From the NCBI GenBank assembly GCA_013115145.1, contig JAAPAO010000035.1, positions 51,624 through 115,623 on the forward strand: DNA of 64,000 nt, read 5' to 3'. The DNA is from Perkinsus chesapeaki ATCC PRA-425 (taxonomy: Eukaryota > Protista > Perkinsozoa). The position numbers and the translations under genes were made by a program. Below, piece after piece: positions 1-13,300 of the stretch. Numbering within the stretch: position 1 is the stretch's first letter; every line of letters starts with the position of its first letter. A model generated the notes under the pieces. The model was not told the origin of the DNA and ran no database searches. It worked only from the letters and a program-made list of their open reading frames with translations.

Positions 1-3000
1 TCGCTTCGCTATCATCCTCCGCACCGTCCACAACAGCCAGGGCCTCCACCATGGCCGAGCCTCGTCCCCTCAGCACGGCGTTCCAGGACAGTCGACGGGC
101 CTCGTTGGACCGGAGAATCTCGGGCTCCAGCGAGGAACGCTCTACTTCTTCCAGGACTTCCGCGATGGGCCACTGCGAATCCAACAATCCGGCCATTCGG
201 AAAGGACCTAGAACTGTTTGGGCCGGAAGAGGCGAACTAGCTCGACTTGCCGGAAGTGAGGCACTTCTCTCCAGTTGCCCAACATCTGACCAGTTCTGCT
301 ACAGCATCACTCTCAGCACCACAGGCACCACAGGCACCGTCGAGGGGGACTTGGCGGTCACCGAGCCATCGCCAAGCTGTCCGCAGAAGAGCCACGCAAT
401 CGGGATGATCGTCGGTATGCCCATAAGAGATGAGAAGCAAGAGAAGAGGGCAACGCATGAGCATACATTACTTGAGCAAGAACGGAAAGTTTACGGAAAT
501 CAACATTGACATGTTACAATGAGACCGATTAACAAGCACGAAACTCATGCATCCTGCGACCCGTCACTGTCCGAGGATTCGGTATCCTCACCGGTCACCA
601 CCTGGCAAAGCGTTCCAGACACCGCTGGGGCTGAAATGCTGACCTGGCCGGGGTGACGTCCATTCACTAGATCATCCTTCTGTATCCGAAACAGCGATGC
701 CAAGTCGACAGTTGGGACAGCTGCCTTTGGAGAGTCCCACGGTTCATCAGCCTCACCAGAGCTGCCCTGAGATGGCTCTCCTTCCTCCTCTTCCACGTCG
801 GCCGCCTCCCTGGGTTCGTCCCTGATGGAGTGCTCGTATCATCCAAGAATCATTTCGTATCATTACGAATAGAAGAGGTCGAGATCGGCCAATGTCTCGA
901 CCATCGGCGGGGCCGGTTTGCTGATCCCCGTCGGAACGCGCACTCTCGATGACGTATCTTCACTGCGGAATGGCAGCCTTCCAGGAAGTAAGACTACGCT
1001 GTCGTTGAGCATCCCCGGATGATAGACTTCTCGCCACCGGTTCGAGTACACGTTCCCGAAGAGCGGACCGAGACGACGCTGCAACCGAGGGCCCCTTCAT
1101 GGCATTGAACGCCTGCCGAATGAAAACGCTCTCAGACGTCCGCCCTAGAGGCCCACCTGCTGCCGCTGTCTTTCCCCCTCAGCCGCCCGGCTCTGGTCGA
1201 ACTGCAGTATTTCTTCGCAGCTGGACAGGGGGGTTTCGAGAACAAACGACAGCGACTGTAGGGGAACCTTTACAGGGGACAATCCGTGGAGCTCAAGTCC
1301 CCGGCGGTCCGACCTTGGTCGCTTCCTGTGTGGGCTCAGACGGAGTTAGTTCCCTACCGGCGGAAGCCATCACCGTATCGCGACCGGTGAGCCACCGCGG
1401 GAGGTGAGCGTGGAGGTAGCCCCTCGCTAGTCTCTGTAGATCACACGTCACCTCCGCGTTGGCCGCCATGACCTGACCGACTCTCGGGCCAGCGTGGTTT
1501 GGGACTAGCGACACCTTCTCCCAGCCGCCGGTGCACATTCCCCCATAAGCATCTTTCATCATCTTCATGATCGTCGCTGCGGACTTCAACCGAGGGTGGC
1601 CAGGGTCTCGGAGAGCAATCCCAAGCATGTGATCCACTATAGCGGAGAGGCGAGGGAGCAGTTCTGCGGCAACACAGAAGAAGAGGATTGGTCTATTGAG
1701 GGGTCTACGTCGAGAAATAACACCAGGGAACTCCTCGGCCATCAGAGCCTCGGCAGTCAGCGGTTCTTTTTGGCGGTCTTCCTTCCGAAGACTGTTCAGC
1801 TGATGGAACGCCCACAGGCGAATGCCGAGGACCATAACCTGTGGTGAAGTGGGAGACGGCCTGCCGCTACCGGTACTAGACACACCTGCAACTGGACCAT
1901 CTCTTGCTCTCCGTCCCACCCCTTTACAAGACTGCGGAAGGTGTCGGCTACGGTATAGGCGCATGCCGACAGTCCTGAAGGTGCTCGGGCTGATCGGCTT
2001 CGACACGGTGCGCCCTACCATCCCTCTGCGCAAGCAGCCACACAACCGAGGCCCTCGCTGCTGGTGCAGTTAGAGACTCTAGCGCCCGAGACAGTCCAAC
2101 CAACACAGCTTCAACGTCTTTGGAGTTGCCACTTCGCTGCCGATGCTCTATTATCTCCCTCACCTAACCATCTGATGGTCCTCACGCACCCAGGCCACCC
2201 CTACGGCAACAACAGCCTCGTTAGCCAGTATCGGGCAGGCACTGTCCAGCATGCTGATCAGGCCGCCCATAACCCTGTCTGATGTGACCGGGTACTGTCT
2301 CGCAATGTGGGAGACCAGTGCCACCACCTTGGCAAGGAACCCTGTCAGACCTGGCCACTACACAATGTGCGACGATAATGAAGAGCGCCCCTACCAGGCC
2401 GGTTCTGCCAGCGGACGTAGACTTGGAGTTCACCAAGAACATCATGCACGTTGGATTCGTCCACAAGTTCCCGGATAACTGCGAGCTTAAGCTCGGCCAC
2501 AAGAGGGCTGTCGTACGACCTGCGCAGCTGACTGCAGCAGCAGCACTAGTGCATCGTTGCTAGCTACATAAGAAAGAACTTTCGCAGGTGCGGCCTGAAC
2601 AGTAGCGCTCCACCGTCGCCATGTCGTACAAGTTCCAGCACGGTCTTGATCAGAGTTTCGGTAGCTTCGCTGCCGCGCGCCAAAACAAGCGCGCCTGAGC
2701 AGGAGGCTCCTCTAGGCTCCAGGCAGCGATAGGCTGACTTATCAGCTGCTGGCTGACGACTTGAGCGTAGTGTTTTTGGTCAAGGTCCCAGAGAACGCAG
2801 CATGCCAGATGGACAACAAACCGAGAGTGTGATAGCAACAGATGAGATGCCAGTACCTACGGACACCATAAAGTCGAGGAGTTAAGATGGTCTTCAATGT
2901 TCCGACAGGTCGGTCGGCGATCTCGGACGGTTTTTGCAAAACATTATTATGGAGCAGAACCAAACAGGGTGAAGGAGCATATTCAAGAGGACAGGGGCCG

Positions 3001-4847
3001 ACTATAGATCTAGAGTTACTATATCTAAGACGAATCCTGAAATGCTGAGCTGACGGCTGATGAGCCCAAGAGCGAGGATCGCCCACCTCCAGGAAGACAC
3101 CACAGTGCTGATGGACGACCTCTTCACGGTTGTTGTTGAAGTGAAGCCGACAGTACCGATGTAACAGTTCTGAGCCGACACGCCAAGGAGCAGCTACTAT
3201 CGAGAAATCCACCAACCGATAGTGTAGTATTGGCCAAAAGGCTCCATCAAAGGCAGCAACTTCACAAGCCTCGGGTAGGCTGAATGAATCATGCTCAAGG
3301 ACTCTTTGATTCTGTCGGTTCGCAAGGCATCATCCGAGTGCACTACAGGATAAACGCACAGACCTTCCCTCATCGTCTCAGCGCTAGGCGTGGGGTACCC
3401 TCCTGCTGGTCTCGAGGTAGACCATAGAGCTGGACGCATACAACGAAATAGGACATGACAGCTGCGCCAACTACCTGGAGGGATTGGTAAGCCTACTAGG
3501 GGGACTCACGTGGAACCTCACCAGTTCGGAACCGTCACTTGTCATCATTTTAAGGAGCAAGCTACGGACCAGCGGAAACTGGTCAATGTCCGTGGTGAAC
3601 ACCTAAACCAGGCAGAACCGTTCGTGCTCAACAAACGGCACCACTCGGAATGCCCATTCACACGTGACATAAATTACCGGGTATTCCTGCAACTCAGCCT
3701 CTTTAGAGTCAATGCAACACGATACACAAACGTGTGTGAAGTCCGCAAAGCGAAAATTTTCAAATTTTTTCTATGTAGAATTTCCAAATTACAGAGATAT
3801 TAAAGCGACTTCATGCACCTCGCATTCCAGACTGACCTGTGGCAGGCACACAGCAGCTACAGACTTCCTCACATAAACCGAGGAATCCACCGCAGCTTGA
3901 TTGACTGCAGCCATAACCACCTGAGACAGCAGGTGGTCTGGCACAGTTCCACCCCCTGTTCCGTTTCAACTGCTCACTTGTATCATCTCCAATACTCTTA
4001 TCGCCGCCATACTCCTCAGACTTGCCGCTCGAACTAGAGCGCTTCTGGCATCTACCGAGTCCTTCTGGAAGGTGTTCACACTCAACAAGGCCAGCTCCCG
4101 TCTAGCCTCAGCATGTGAGACGATCCAGGCGTACCTACAAGATGCCATTCCAACATGGCCCCTCCCTGGCCAGTCTCCTACACAAGCCTCTTCAATTCTA
4201 AATTGCTTATCGACATATTCTTAACGACCTCGCTGAACAAGTCGATGCAGATATTGGGGTTACCTGATATACAACAGAAGTGATGCCCCTGAGTATTATA
4301 TATTTGCTACTACTACTATAAACTACCTATAGTACCAATAGTGTCAGCTATAGATGACAGATTAACAAGTGTCTGCACTCATTGCTCATCTCACTGAGCA
4401 AAAATTTGCTATCCGGCCACGCAAAAAAGTTTGGCATCTCCTTCACATAGGGAAGGGATGCCTTGGCAGTATTGCCACTATACAAGGATTTCTTCATGCT
4501 TCACCTTCTGGACCGTCATTATCTGCGCTACTTGGCAAGCGAGAACTTTGCCGAATTTCGCGAAACTTCTCCATGGAGTTGTCCGCCAAAACCCCGGCCA
4601 AAACAAGACGAATCAGAAAGACCAACAACCACCAAAGGAGAAGAGCAGCACCATAAAGGAGGCCCAATTGCTGACCTGAGGAGGCCTCCGCTGCCAGTAG
4701 CCGCCTCATAGCATCCAACTTAGCCTCTGTGGAGGGGCTATTGAGACCTCTCCTTATCTCTCCTTGACTTAGATTTATCGATCCATTGAAGTACTTTGAT
4801 TCCGAGAAGCTCGCCCCAGAAGATACGTGCTGCAACTGAAAGGACAC
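1..4847 (-). CDS. AP3B1: AP-3 adaptor complex beta subunit (multi-exon; 3' end runs off the window start)
   Basis: Spliced exons give KLDAMRRLLA, DLFSEVVKNMSISNLELKRLV, ELALLSVNTFQKDSVDARSALVRAASLRSM, VDSSVYVRKSVAA, LFRPHLRKFFL, LESLTAPAARASVVWLL, ADTFRSLVKGWDGEQEMVQLQVMVLG and an acidic/Ser hinge (545-796). These follow the beta-3 adaptin trunk in order. Confidence 0.9.
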
Positions 4848-5065
4848 ACCCGCACCTTTCCCTGTTCCCAGCCAGCCTGCCGTACGTTGCTAATAACACT
4901 CTTAACGCCGTTAACGACGCTTGCAGCTCCCGCGGCTCCCCCGCTATACATGGTAAACTCCTGCGGCGCCCTCCTCCTGTGGGTAACTTTAACACAACAA
5001 CAACAACTCCGGGGGAGAAGAGACATGCTTCCTGCTCGGCAGTTGATGCTAATTAGAGCGTGCCA

Positions 5066-6391
5066 TCAGCGAGTCGTCCACCTCAGCAGCTTAGCAGCAG
5101 CCAGTCCGACCAAAGGCGCCCCAATGGCCACACCTATCTGCCTCAGTATGGCCCTAGTGTTTCCCACAGCAGTGGCCGTCTCAACTTTAACTTCACCGCA
5201 GGCCACAGCCTTGATCTGGTCCGCCACAGCGCTGGCTGATTGAAAGCCGGCCTGGATGTCGAGAACAGTGCAATTGGCCAGCCTGCTATCGATGTTGCCC
5301 CGACCGTTGAGATGGGCGTCAGGATGCCAAGCGGCTCTCCATTGCCTAATAGCCGCCCCCACTGCGGTGCAGTTACTCGACGTGGCCAGCACTCGGGCCC
5401 ACTTACCGTCCAGAGGTGATGTCATCACAGAGTTGAGAGTTCGAGCGCTGCACGCCAAAGGGAGCTGGGCCTTCACCCACTCCCCGGCCTCCACAGCCTT
5501 CTGGGCCACCGCGTCCAGACCGGCCGATACCGGCGGTAATCTTGTATAGAGCTCTATCATACCCGCACCAAGCGCGGCAATAGCGTCGAGTATTCGGGGC
5601 GCGCAGGAAACCAGGATACGGGTGCCAGCATCACCGGCCTTCTCGCCGAGTTGTGTCACACCTGCCAGCACGGGAGGGCCGAACTTGTTACAAAGAGTAG
5701 TGACGGAGAGGACAACGTCATCAGTTAGGGACTGCAGGTTCAGTAGGGATGGCAGGATGGCAGAGTACCACCAGTACTGGGCAGAGAAGCCCACCGCCGA
5801 GCCGGCTCTCAGGACGGTCTTGCTCACTTCGCCGATCACTACCACCGCCGCATCCTTGCCAGGCGCTGCGACTCGTTGCATACCCGAGACCGCCCCGGTC
5901 CCCATCGCCACTGTGACGTCTCGACACACCGGGTAGACCTCTTTGACCAGCAGCTCTCCAGCGAAGCCGACTCCGCTCATCACAGACTGGACCACCGGGC
6001 TTGCACTGGTCCAGAGATCCCCGGCTCGAGAGCCAACCTCGGTCATCACCGGACGCAGCCTCTCGCCGGCCCCCTTTACCGCCGCTCCCACAACGACGGC
6101 GGTCTCCTTTGCCTTCACCGAGGCGCTAGAAATAATGCTGATCGCTTTGGTGGCGCACCCGCTCAGTGTGCCGTTGGCTGCAAATAGATTGGCCAAAACG
6201 CCTACATTATCAGATGACATGAGACTAGTATCAGTTACATTAAAAGAAGTGGTATCTACAATAGGAGGATGATGAGAGCCACTGCTTTGAGAATCGCTGG
6301 TCACTAGGGTTTGTTCTTTAGCTTTGGGGACTGCTCCCAGGGCTGCTGACAGACTTAACATAGCCAAGGCCAGACAGATGGAGTTGGTCAT
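5066..6391 (-). CDS. Intronless secreted/membrane protein (441 aa) with signal peptide, degenerate J-like segment containing HPD, and hydrophobic C-terminus
   Basis: Long single ORF. N-terminus MTNSICLALAMLSLSAALG is signal-like. AIRQWRAAWHPDAHLNG...DIQAGFQSASAV resembles J-domain helices II-III. It ends in GVAIGAPLVGLAAAKLL. Confidence 0.7.
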   Translation of the reverse strand: MTNSICLALAMLSLSAALGAVPKAKEQTLVTSDSQSSGSHHPPIVDTTSFNVTDTSLMSSDNVGVLANLFAANGTLSGCATKAISIISSASVKAKETAVVVGAAVKGAGERLRPVMTEVGSRAGDLWTSASPVVQSVMSGVGFAGELLVKEVYPVCRDVTVAMGTGAVSGMQRVAAPGKDAAVVVIGEVSKTVLRAGSAVGFSAQYWWYSAILPSLLNLQSLTDDVVLSVTTLCNKFGPPVLAGVTQLGEKAGDAGTRILVSCAPRILDAIAALGAGMIELYTRLPPVSAGLDAVAQKAVEAGEWVKAQLPLACSARTLNSVMTSPLDGKWARVLATSSNCTAVGAAIRQWRAAWHPDAHLNGRGNIDSRLANCTVLDIQAGFQSASAVADQIKAVACGEVKVETATAVGNTRAILRQIGVAIGAPLVGLAAAKLLRWTTR

Positions 6392-6750
6392 TAGAGAGAT
6401 AATACAAGGCCTTTTGGCGGCAAGGATTTCTTACTAAACCCGATTTGTTTGGTTTTTATCAAGATGTAAAGGGATCATGGGATAGTGCATGTATACCCTC
6501 CATGAAGTGGAAGATACTCCAGAGCGAGACTCTTAATTACGGATTGCCTTAATATGCAGATAGGTAAGCCCACCAAGCCCACCGGACTTCTACCACGCAC
6601 ACTTGGTGGTGTTATAGATGGTCTCATTTTCCCCAGCAGCCCTACTAGTGTTTATCAACCGTTCCCTAAATATGACCACCTTATAACACACTCAACTCGA
6701 CTGCCCAATTTGCGAGGAAACTCTTTACGTTTTGCAGCCAGGGAATAAAG

Positions 6751-9700
6751 CTACGTGAACTGTGCAAACACCTCATCAGCTGCCTGGTAAATCGGCTGGA
6801 CCTCCTCCCTTATGAAACCAATGCTGGCTGGCGGCGCGATACCTGATGACCACATGCCGCTGGGAAAGCCCCACCATCCCCTTACGGCCTCGCTTGCATT
6901 GGTAGTTCACTTCCCTATCAAACAGCTCCCTATCAGTGACCACCAGCATGTCATCCGGAGACACCCTCTTAGCCGTCTCGGCAAACATATTCGTACGGAA
7001 CCTACCCATGCCGCCGCTCCTCACGCAACTTGCCCATAGAACTTACAGTTGAGCCAGCCGATAAACCGATGGAGAGTGGTGCCTCAGTAAGCACTCTAGC
7101 TCCCATAGAGAAGTCAACGGGATCACCTAATAACAACCCTTCCAGCCCCACAATGAACAACCCAAACTACTACCTTAACAGCCTCATCCAGGCTCATCTC
7201 GGCCTTCCAAGGATCTTCCTCCAGCCTGGCATCTACCACAGCCATCAGCATGCATCCAGTGTGGCGGCGCCGCTCCAATCTACCTGATCCCTCCACTCCT
7301 TTCCGACTAGCTTCCCCTTGGTCATGCACTAGCCCTCGACATGATGCAGGGCTCCGCTGCATAATAGTATAGGCTGCTGTTATCAGCCACATTACCACAC
7401 TGTGGGACCGTACCTATACCAACAACAAATAAGACGGAGTTCTCCACCAAAGCACCACTTTCATCGAGCATATGCTTCTCTCTTATCGACCTCTATAAAT
7501 GACTTATGCAATTAAATAAATTATCCCTTTTCCCTATCTACTAGATTCTTGTTAGGGAAGTCAATTAATTCCCTGTTATAAATCCAGCGGTTATCCCCTC
7601 CCCTGTATTTACACACCTCTATTTCCCATACGACTCACTAAACTATCATATTCAAGCTTGCGCAGAGACCGCCGGACCGTAGCTTTCGCGCCAGTAGATT
7701 CGGTATACAACCCTTCCTAGAGCACGCTTCAAGCTACCGCTTTCGAAAGATACTCTTGCCGCGATCACTAAGAGCCGCTTTTGCCTGTCATATACCCTAT
7801 ACCGCCGTAGTGCTCTTCCGCCTTTGAACAGGATACCTCTACTGCAATTTGACAAGTCTAGTTATCGGAGCTAGTAATATGCATGAATTCCAACGGCGCT
7901 CCAGGCCAACCCCTCTAGGTTGCCACTGCGAAAGGTAGATATCACCAAGGATGGGGTAGCAAAGTCAAACTTCACCCTCTAATGACATACTTATCCGCCT
8001 CATACAAATCTTATATACATCTATCTAAATATATATCCGCCAATTTCTAAACGTTGTGCAGTAACCAAATACTCTCTACCGGTTACATCACAGCTGTCCA
8101 ACATAAAAATTTCCCGGTTGAAATTCCCTTTTTCCCAACTTGAGAAAAATGATTCTGAGAAGCGAACGGTCCAATGGGTCTATCGGTACTTATGGATAGG
8201 GTCCGTGCCACCCAAGGCAGCTACTATATCCTTGCCTCCCTTACTACCAACATAGCACATCGGAGAAGTTTCTTGGCGAATGCAGCAACAGACGCCCCAG
8301 GCAGCATCGGCGACTTCAAGGCCAGCAATAACAGACGAAGGAAGCGGTGACGATATGGTAGAGTGAGTGTAGTGGGAGTGAGGAGGGCATACAGACGAGA
8401 GTAGAACGCAGATAGGCTGTTGTCTATATACCTGAATAAACCCCTGCAAAAAGGAAAGCCCAATGGAAAGCAGCCACTCTAGAGGGTTACGCGTTAAGCG
8501 CTGCATCGGTTCATTATATAAAGAACGTTCCGAAAATAAATCTATAGAGGGGCTATCAGTAATGCCGTAGTGATAATCAATGTATCCCTTAAATAGGCCA
8601 CCATTCTGATTCGGTATTGCGGAGAAGCTCACTGGCCTTACCAGAAGCCGGTGCGTTACGCTTTGTACCTTATATACTTGGCCGGAGTCGCAGCAAGGCA
8701 CTTCGTAATAAATAGGCTACAATACAAAAGCCCATGTCATATTGCTGGACAACCACTGACGACCAATATTCTGACGCGGGGCGCAAATTTGACTAGAAGT
8801 CTATCCGATAAGTTCATCGATAAGACGGCGAATATATAGATGTAGAATTTCGAGCCTCCCCTTACTACGATGGATCTCCAATGTTAGCCTGGGTAAGCAA
8901 ATAGAACAGGCCGCTGAGAGCCAGCACACTGTTCGTAGTGTCCTCTGCTGTATCGCTGCCATCGAACGCCTACACTAGCCACTACGAGCAATACGGGGAC
9001 ATGAAATAGTACTTTGAGATAGAAGTCGCCAAGGTACTGCGGTGAAGGCAGGTAAGGGAGGACGTTACTGGGCAAATGGCGAAGGACCAGACGAAGAAGG
9101 TCCGTAGATAGATCCAAACGGAGGAAGGTTAACCTGGTCACCCATACCACTCCTTCCTCAACAAACCCTTATACTACCATGCATCCTGGAAGGCCCGTCT
9201 CAGGCTGGGCAGCCCCTTGCATGTGGCCTTACCGCTGGTGTCCAGTGGCTCTGTTTGGCAGATTGCTATTGTTGGTGGAGCGTAGGCCTCCAGTAGAGTG
9301 TAAAGCCTCTCGAGGATCTCCTCAGTATCGACTCCAGAGCCCTTTATAGCTGTTATAACGGGGCGAGTGTTGCTGGTATCCACACCATCCAGGGCGGAGC
9401 TGACCAGTTTGAGATAGGACAACACTTGAAGGTAGACGTCCCAATGGGCATTGGCCAGCTCTCCGACCAAGACTGCAGCGGCATAGTCGGGATCATAGAC
9501 ATTGATGATAACCGATAGGACCGTCGCTTGGACCAACTCCAACGGAAAGGCGCCAGCGATGTCGCATTCGGACTTAATGGCCTCAACCATCAGCCTGGTG
9601 CCGAGAGTGATGGCTTGCTCCGAGTGGGACTGTAGTAGCTGCTCTAGCATCGACTGTAGAGCCTTCCAGTACAGGTCCAAGGCGGTGTCCTTAGCGTGTT

Positions 9701-9927
9701 TGGTATAGACTAGACCTCCGGCCTTAACCTTATATACACAGCATGCTCTCAAAGCAGCTTTAAGGCGAACAGCCACTACGGGCAAAGGGACGTCACCCTC
9801 GATGGCTAGCAATCTGACCAGATTCGAATCTTTCCATTTTGACCTCTAAAGAACCTTACCGTCTGGCCGCTTTGAGATCACCACTGGCAGCTATCTTATC
9901 GATTTGGACCTTCGTCAATTCCTTCAT
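6751..9927 (-). CDS. NOC4: Nucleolar complex protein 4 (CBF/Mak21 domain), multi-exon
   Basis: Exons encode RRAFQDAW, LRHLPSNVLPYLPSPQYLGDF, FYSRLYALLTP..YRHRFLRLL..SPMLPGASVAAFAKKLLR, VVMWLITAAYTIMQRSP and TSLWELECLLRHHSPSVYRLAQLF, matching Noc4 motifs. Start MKELTK (9927) and stop (6751) come from manual splicing. Confidence 0.85.
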
Positions 9928-9957
9928 CTTACCAATGCAATCCTATCATGACGGAAA

Positions 9958-9996
9958 TTCGTGGCGCGCGCCACTTCTCATTTCGTGGCGCGCGCC
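9958..9996. promoter_or_regulatory. Duplicated TTCGTGGCGCGCGCC motif, first copy within the perfect palindrome GTGGCGCGCGCCAC, between divergent NOC4 and VP1 starts
   Basis: The direct repeat (9958-9972, 9982-9996) and the 14-bp palindrome (9961-9974) are seen directly. A regulatory role is inferred from position only. Confidence 0.3.
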
Positions 9997-10335
9997 CTAG
10001 AGCGCGATTTGGCGTCGATTTTGCTGTTCCTGCTGCTCATGTGCGACCTGTTCTTATTTCAGCCATTTTTGGAATGCATGATAATCTACTTCGCGGGATA
10101 GTGGACATGTCAAAGATACTCTTGATCTCACTCGTAAAGATTCACCAGAGGTTGATTCATGGTACAAGCTTGCTTTAGGCGATCAGCGTCGCAGAGGCAA
10201 CTAAAGCGAGGGTGGCAGTGGACCCGGCTACTAGGGGGCCCACTATAGGGGATGTAGATAATATTGTGGCGCGTGATTTTAATCCGCCCGTGGTAGGTAA
10301 TTCCCGGGCTAAATGTAGAGCCCGGTTCCTATCTC

Positions 10336-13300
10336 ATGCCACTTTGGGGCGTCTTCCTCCTCATTCTGGCTCCGGCGACCATCGGCCTGTCCTGGAGTAT
10401 CTTTGAGGTATCTTTGTCCGTATTTCGCACTATAAAGATTCCAAATAGGTCATTCGGCTGCATAAGCTGCCTATAGACGGCACAGGTGTAGCCAGATTCC
10501 CGGACTCTGGGGAATCCACTAACGGGTATGTCTTGCTCCATCTCTTCGATGTTGCCATCCTTCTATCAGGGACTCCCCTTTGCTCAGCGAGTCGACCGCT
10601 GTAGAGAAGTCTCTTAAGATGATGCGGCAGGTCAGCGCTCATATAGCAGAGGGCGCCACTGCCTTCCTGGTGGAGGAATACAAGTCGGTTGGGGGGAGGG
10701 CAACAGCCTTTGACTCAGTCGCGGAAATGTGTTCTTTGGAAGGGAACCTTAATAGGAAATAAACTATAAAAATCATATAGGAATAGCCATAGTGAATTGT
10801 AAAGTATAATACTTTATCGGTATAGTTAAAGCCCACCCCACTATATTTATTATTAATAGAGGGCTCGGCAGTGAAAGGGGAAGCTTTCAATGGGCCGCAC
10901 CCGTGGCTGTTGCCACACTGTAGAGCTTCGCTCCGCTGTAGTGCCTTATTATTAGGTACCTGCTGGTGTATATAATAATATTCGGTATCGTTATTGGCGT
11001 GGTAACGAGCTGGTTTGCCGCACTGTCATTCTTGGTTGGAGCCATCACCAGCTGTCTCTCCGGCTTCATAGGGATGAGGACCGCTGTCTTCTGCAATGTA
11101 CCGCCAGCTTTCCAAGGCCTACTTCTGACGGTTAATAGGTACGGACGGCCCACGAGTGTTGGAAGGAGCTTCGGTTGGGCTATGACGTGGCGATCCGTGG
11201 AGGCTCGGTGATGGGGTTCAGTCTCGTGAGGTAGTAACTGAGGAAGGATTCCAATGCATCTGTTTCGGCAGCCTCGGGGTGTTCACGCTGTTCGGTCTGG
11301 TGTCATTACTCAATGCTGTCATGAAGCTGGAGAACTCAGCAAAGAGCTATGATGGGCCCAGCATACTTTTCGAGGCCCTCGCGGGGTAGTGATAGCGTCG
11401 GCTGCCAGGGGTGATGTACTAGTGGGTCAGGTACGGTCTAGGGGCCTCCTCGATAGCCCTTTTCGCTCGAGTTGGTGGGGGCATATACACCAAGGCGGCC
11501 GATGTTGGAGCTGATCTAAGCGGTATTAGGGTCATCAGAATTGGGTGTCACCAATTCTTGGGTAGGTAAGAACGAGTACGGTATGGACGAGGACGACCCA
11601 CGCAATCCGGCCTGTATAGCGGACAACGTTGGTAGGCTGCGGGCGTTGGAAGGCAGGGTCGTCCTTTATGGTGCTGTTAGGCGATAATGTCGGGGATGTG
11701 GCCGGTATGGGAGCGGACCTCTTCGGCTCGTTTGCGGAGGCTACATGTGCTGCATTCGTGCTGATAGGAAAGTAACAATCTGGTCGGACCTGCCGTGGTC
11801 TAGTGCTATTGCCGTTTCAGTTCTACTTTGTCCCATTTGAACATCTACGAGGCCCCTATAATGTACCCCTTACTGATCTCCTCATCGGGTAGGCGTCGAA
11901 GGTCCTGTGGGCGGCAGGAGTGTGGGTGCGTAGGTATATTCGTGAGCTGGTTCACGGTGCTGTTCCTTCGGTTGGCGATGCCTGTGAAGGACATCCCGTG
12001 CATTGAGAAATCGCTTAAGTAGGCGGCGGGTGGAGCCATGACTGAGGGCTCACGGTGGTCCCAGGTATCTGCTATTTGTATCCACTTTACTCATGACGCC
12101 GGTCATTATCGGCTTGTCCTACGTGTGTCTGCCGCCAGAGTTCATGGTCGGCATTCGGTCGCCATTGCTGCCGCAGTCGCTCAAAGAGGAGGATGCTGGG
12201 AAAATGGTGGAGTGGTAGTAAAGGCTATTGGGGGGTAGGAGGATCCCTGTGAGCAGGTACGCCTGTATGGCGTCGGTTCTGATGGGATTGTGGTCTGGCC
12301 TACTGGTGGGGATAGTGACAGAGTAGTTGATGATAGCTGTCTTAAGAGTGGTATGCCGTTGGCAGGTACTTCACCAGCCATAGCTACCGTCCAGTTAGGG
12401 ACATTGCCGAGAGTCAAAGGACCTCGGCGGCCACAGGCATCATATACGGTCTGGCCCTCGGGTAGTCTTATGCGGCCACCTAGGGCCAAGCCCCGATGTA
12501 CTCCTCTCTGTGGTGGCAGGTATCTCTCCACTATAGTGCCAGTGTTGGCGTTGAGTGTGACCATTCTAGTATCGCATGAGTTCTGTGGGATGTACGGTAT
12601 TGCCTTGGCAGCCCTCGGTAGGACTTCCCCCTGCCTGGCTGGCTGGCCACTACTGCTGTTCAGGGATGTTGTCGACCCTCTGTGTGGGGCTGGCAATAGA
12701 TGCCTACGGTCCTATAGCGGATAACGCTGGCGGGATAGCGGAGATGTCTCATTTGGGAGCGCCCATAAGGTAAGCGATTCCGTCTAGTAAGTGTGGAGGC
12801 CAGTCGATCAGGCGGAGGACTGATGCCCTTGATGCCGCCGGTAACACCACTGCGGCAGTCGGCAAAGGATTTGCCATCGGCAGCGCAGCCCTGGTGGCCC
12901 TTGCATTGTTCGGGGCCTTCTGCACACGAGCTAATATCGACAAGGTAGAGGAGCGTCAGTGGGAGGGAGATACTATTCGGTGCAGGTTAACGTGCTGAAC
13001 GCATGGACGTTTGCTGGCGTGCTTTACGGGGCCATGATGCCTTATGCCTTCTCGGCGCTAACGATGAAGTCGGTGGGCAAGGCCGCAACTGATATGGTGG
13101 CCGAGTGCATGCGACAATTTCCTAAGATCATCAACGAAGGCGCTCCCCCTGAGTAGGTTGCGGAATCTATAGAGTGCGTGGGAGGAATCTTTCAGTTACA
13201 CCCGGTGTATCTCCATATCGACCTCGGCCAGTCTGAGGGAGATGATCCTTCCGGGCGCTCTTGTTATTCTTTCCCCGCTGGTCTTTGGAATTCTCTGTGG

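Noticed and set aside
1-2100. Possible gag/retroelement remnant (CGACG motif, Pro/Ser-rich ORFs)
   Set aside because: Splicing places these segments in frame as the AP-3 beta trunk end, hinge and ear region.
6776-7398. Initial impression of a proteasome beta or exosome subunit
   Set aside because: Reframing across introns gives the Noc4 SLWEL...HHSPSV motif, and upstream exons match Noc4.
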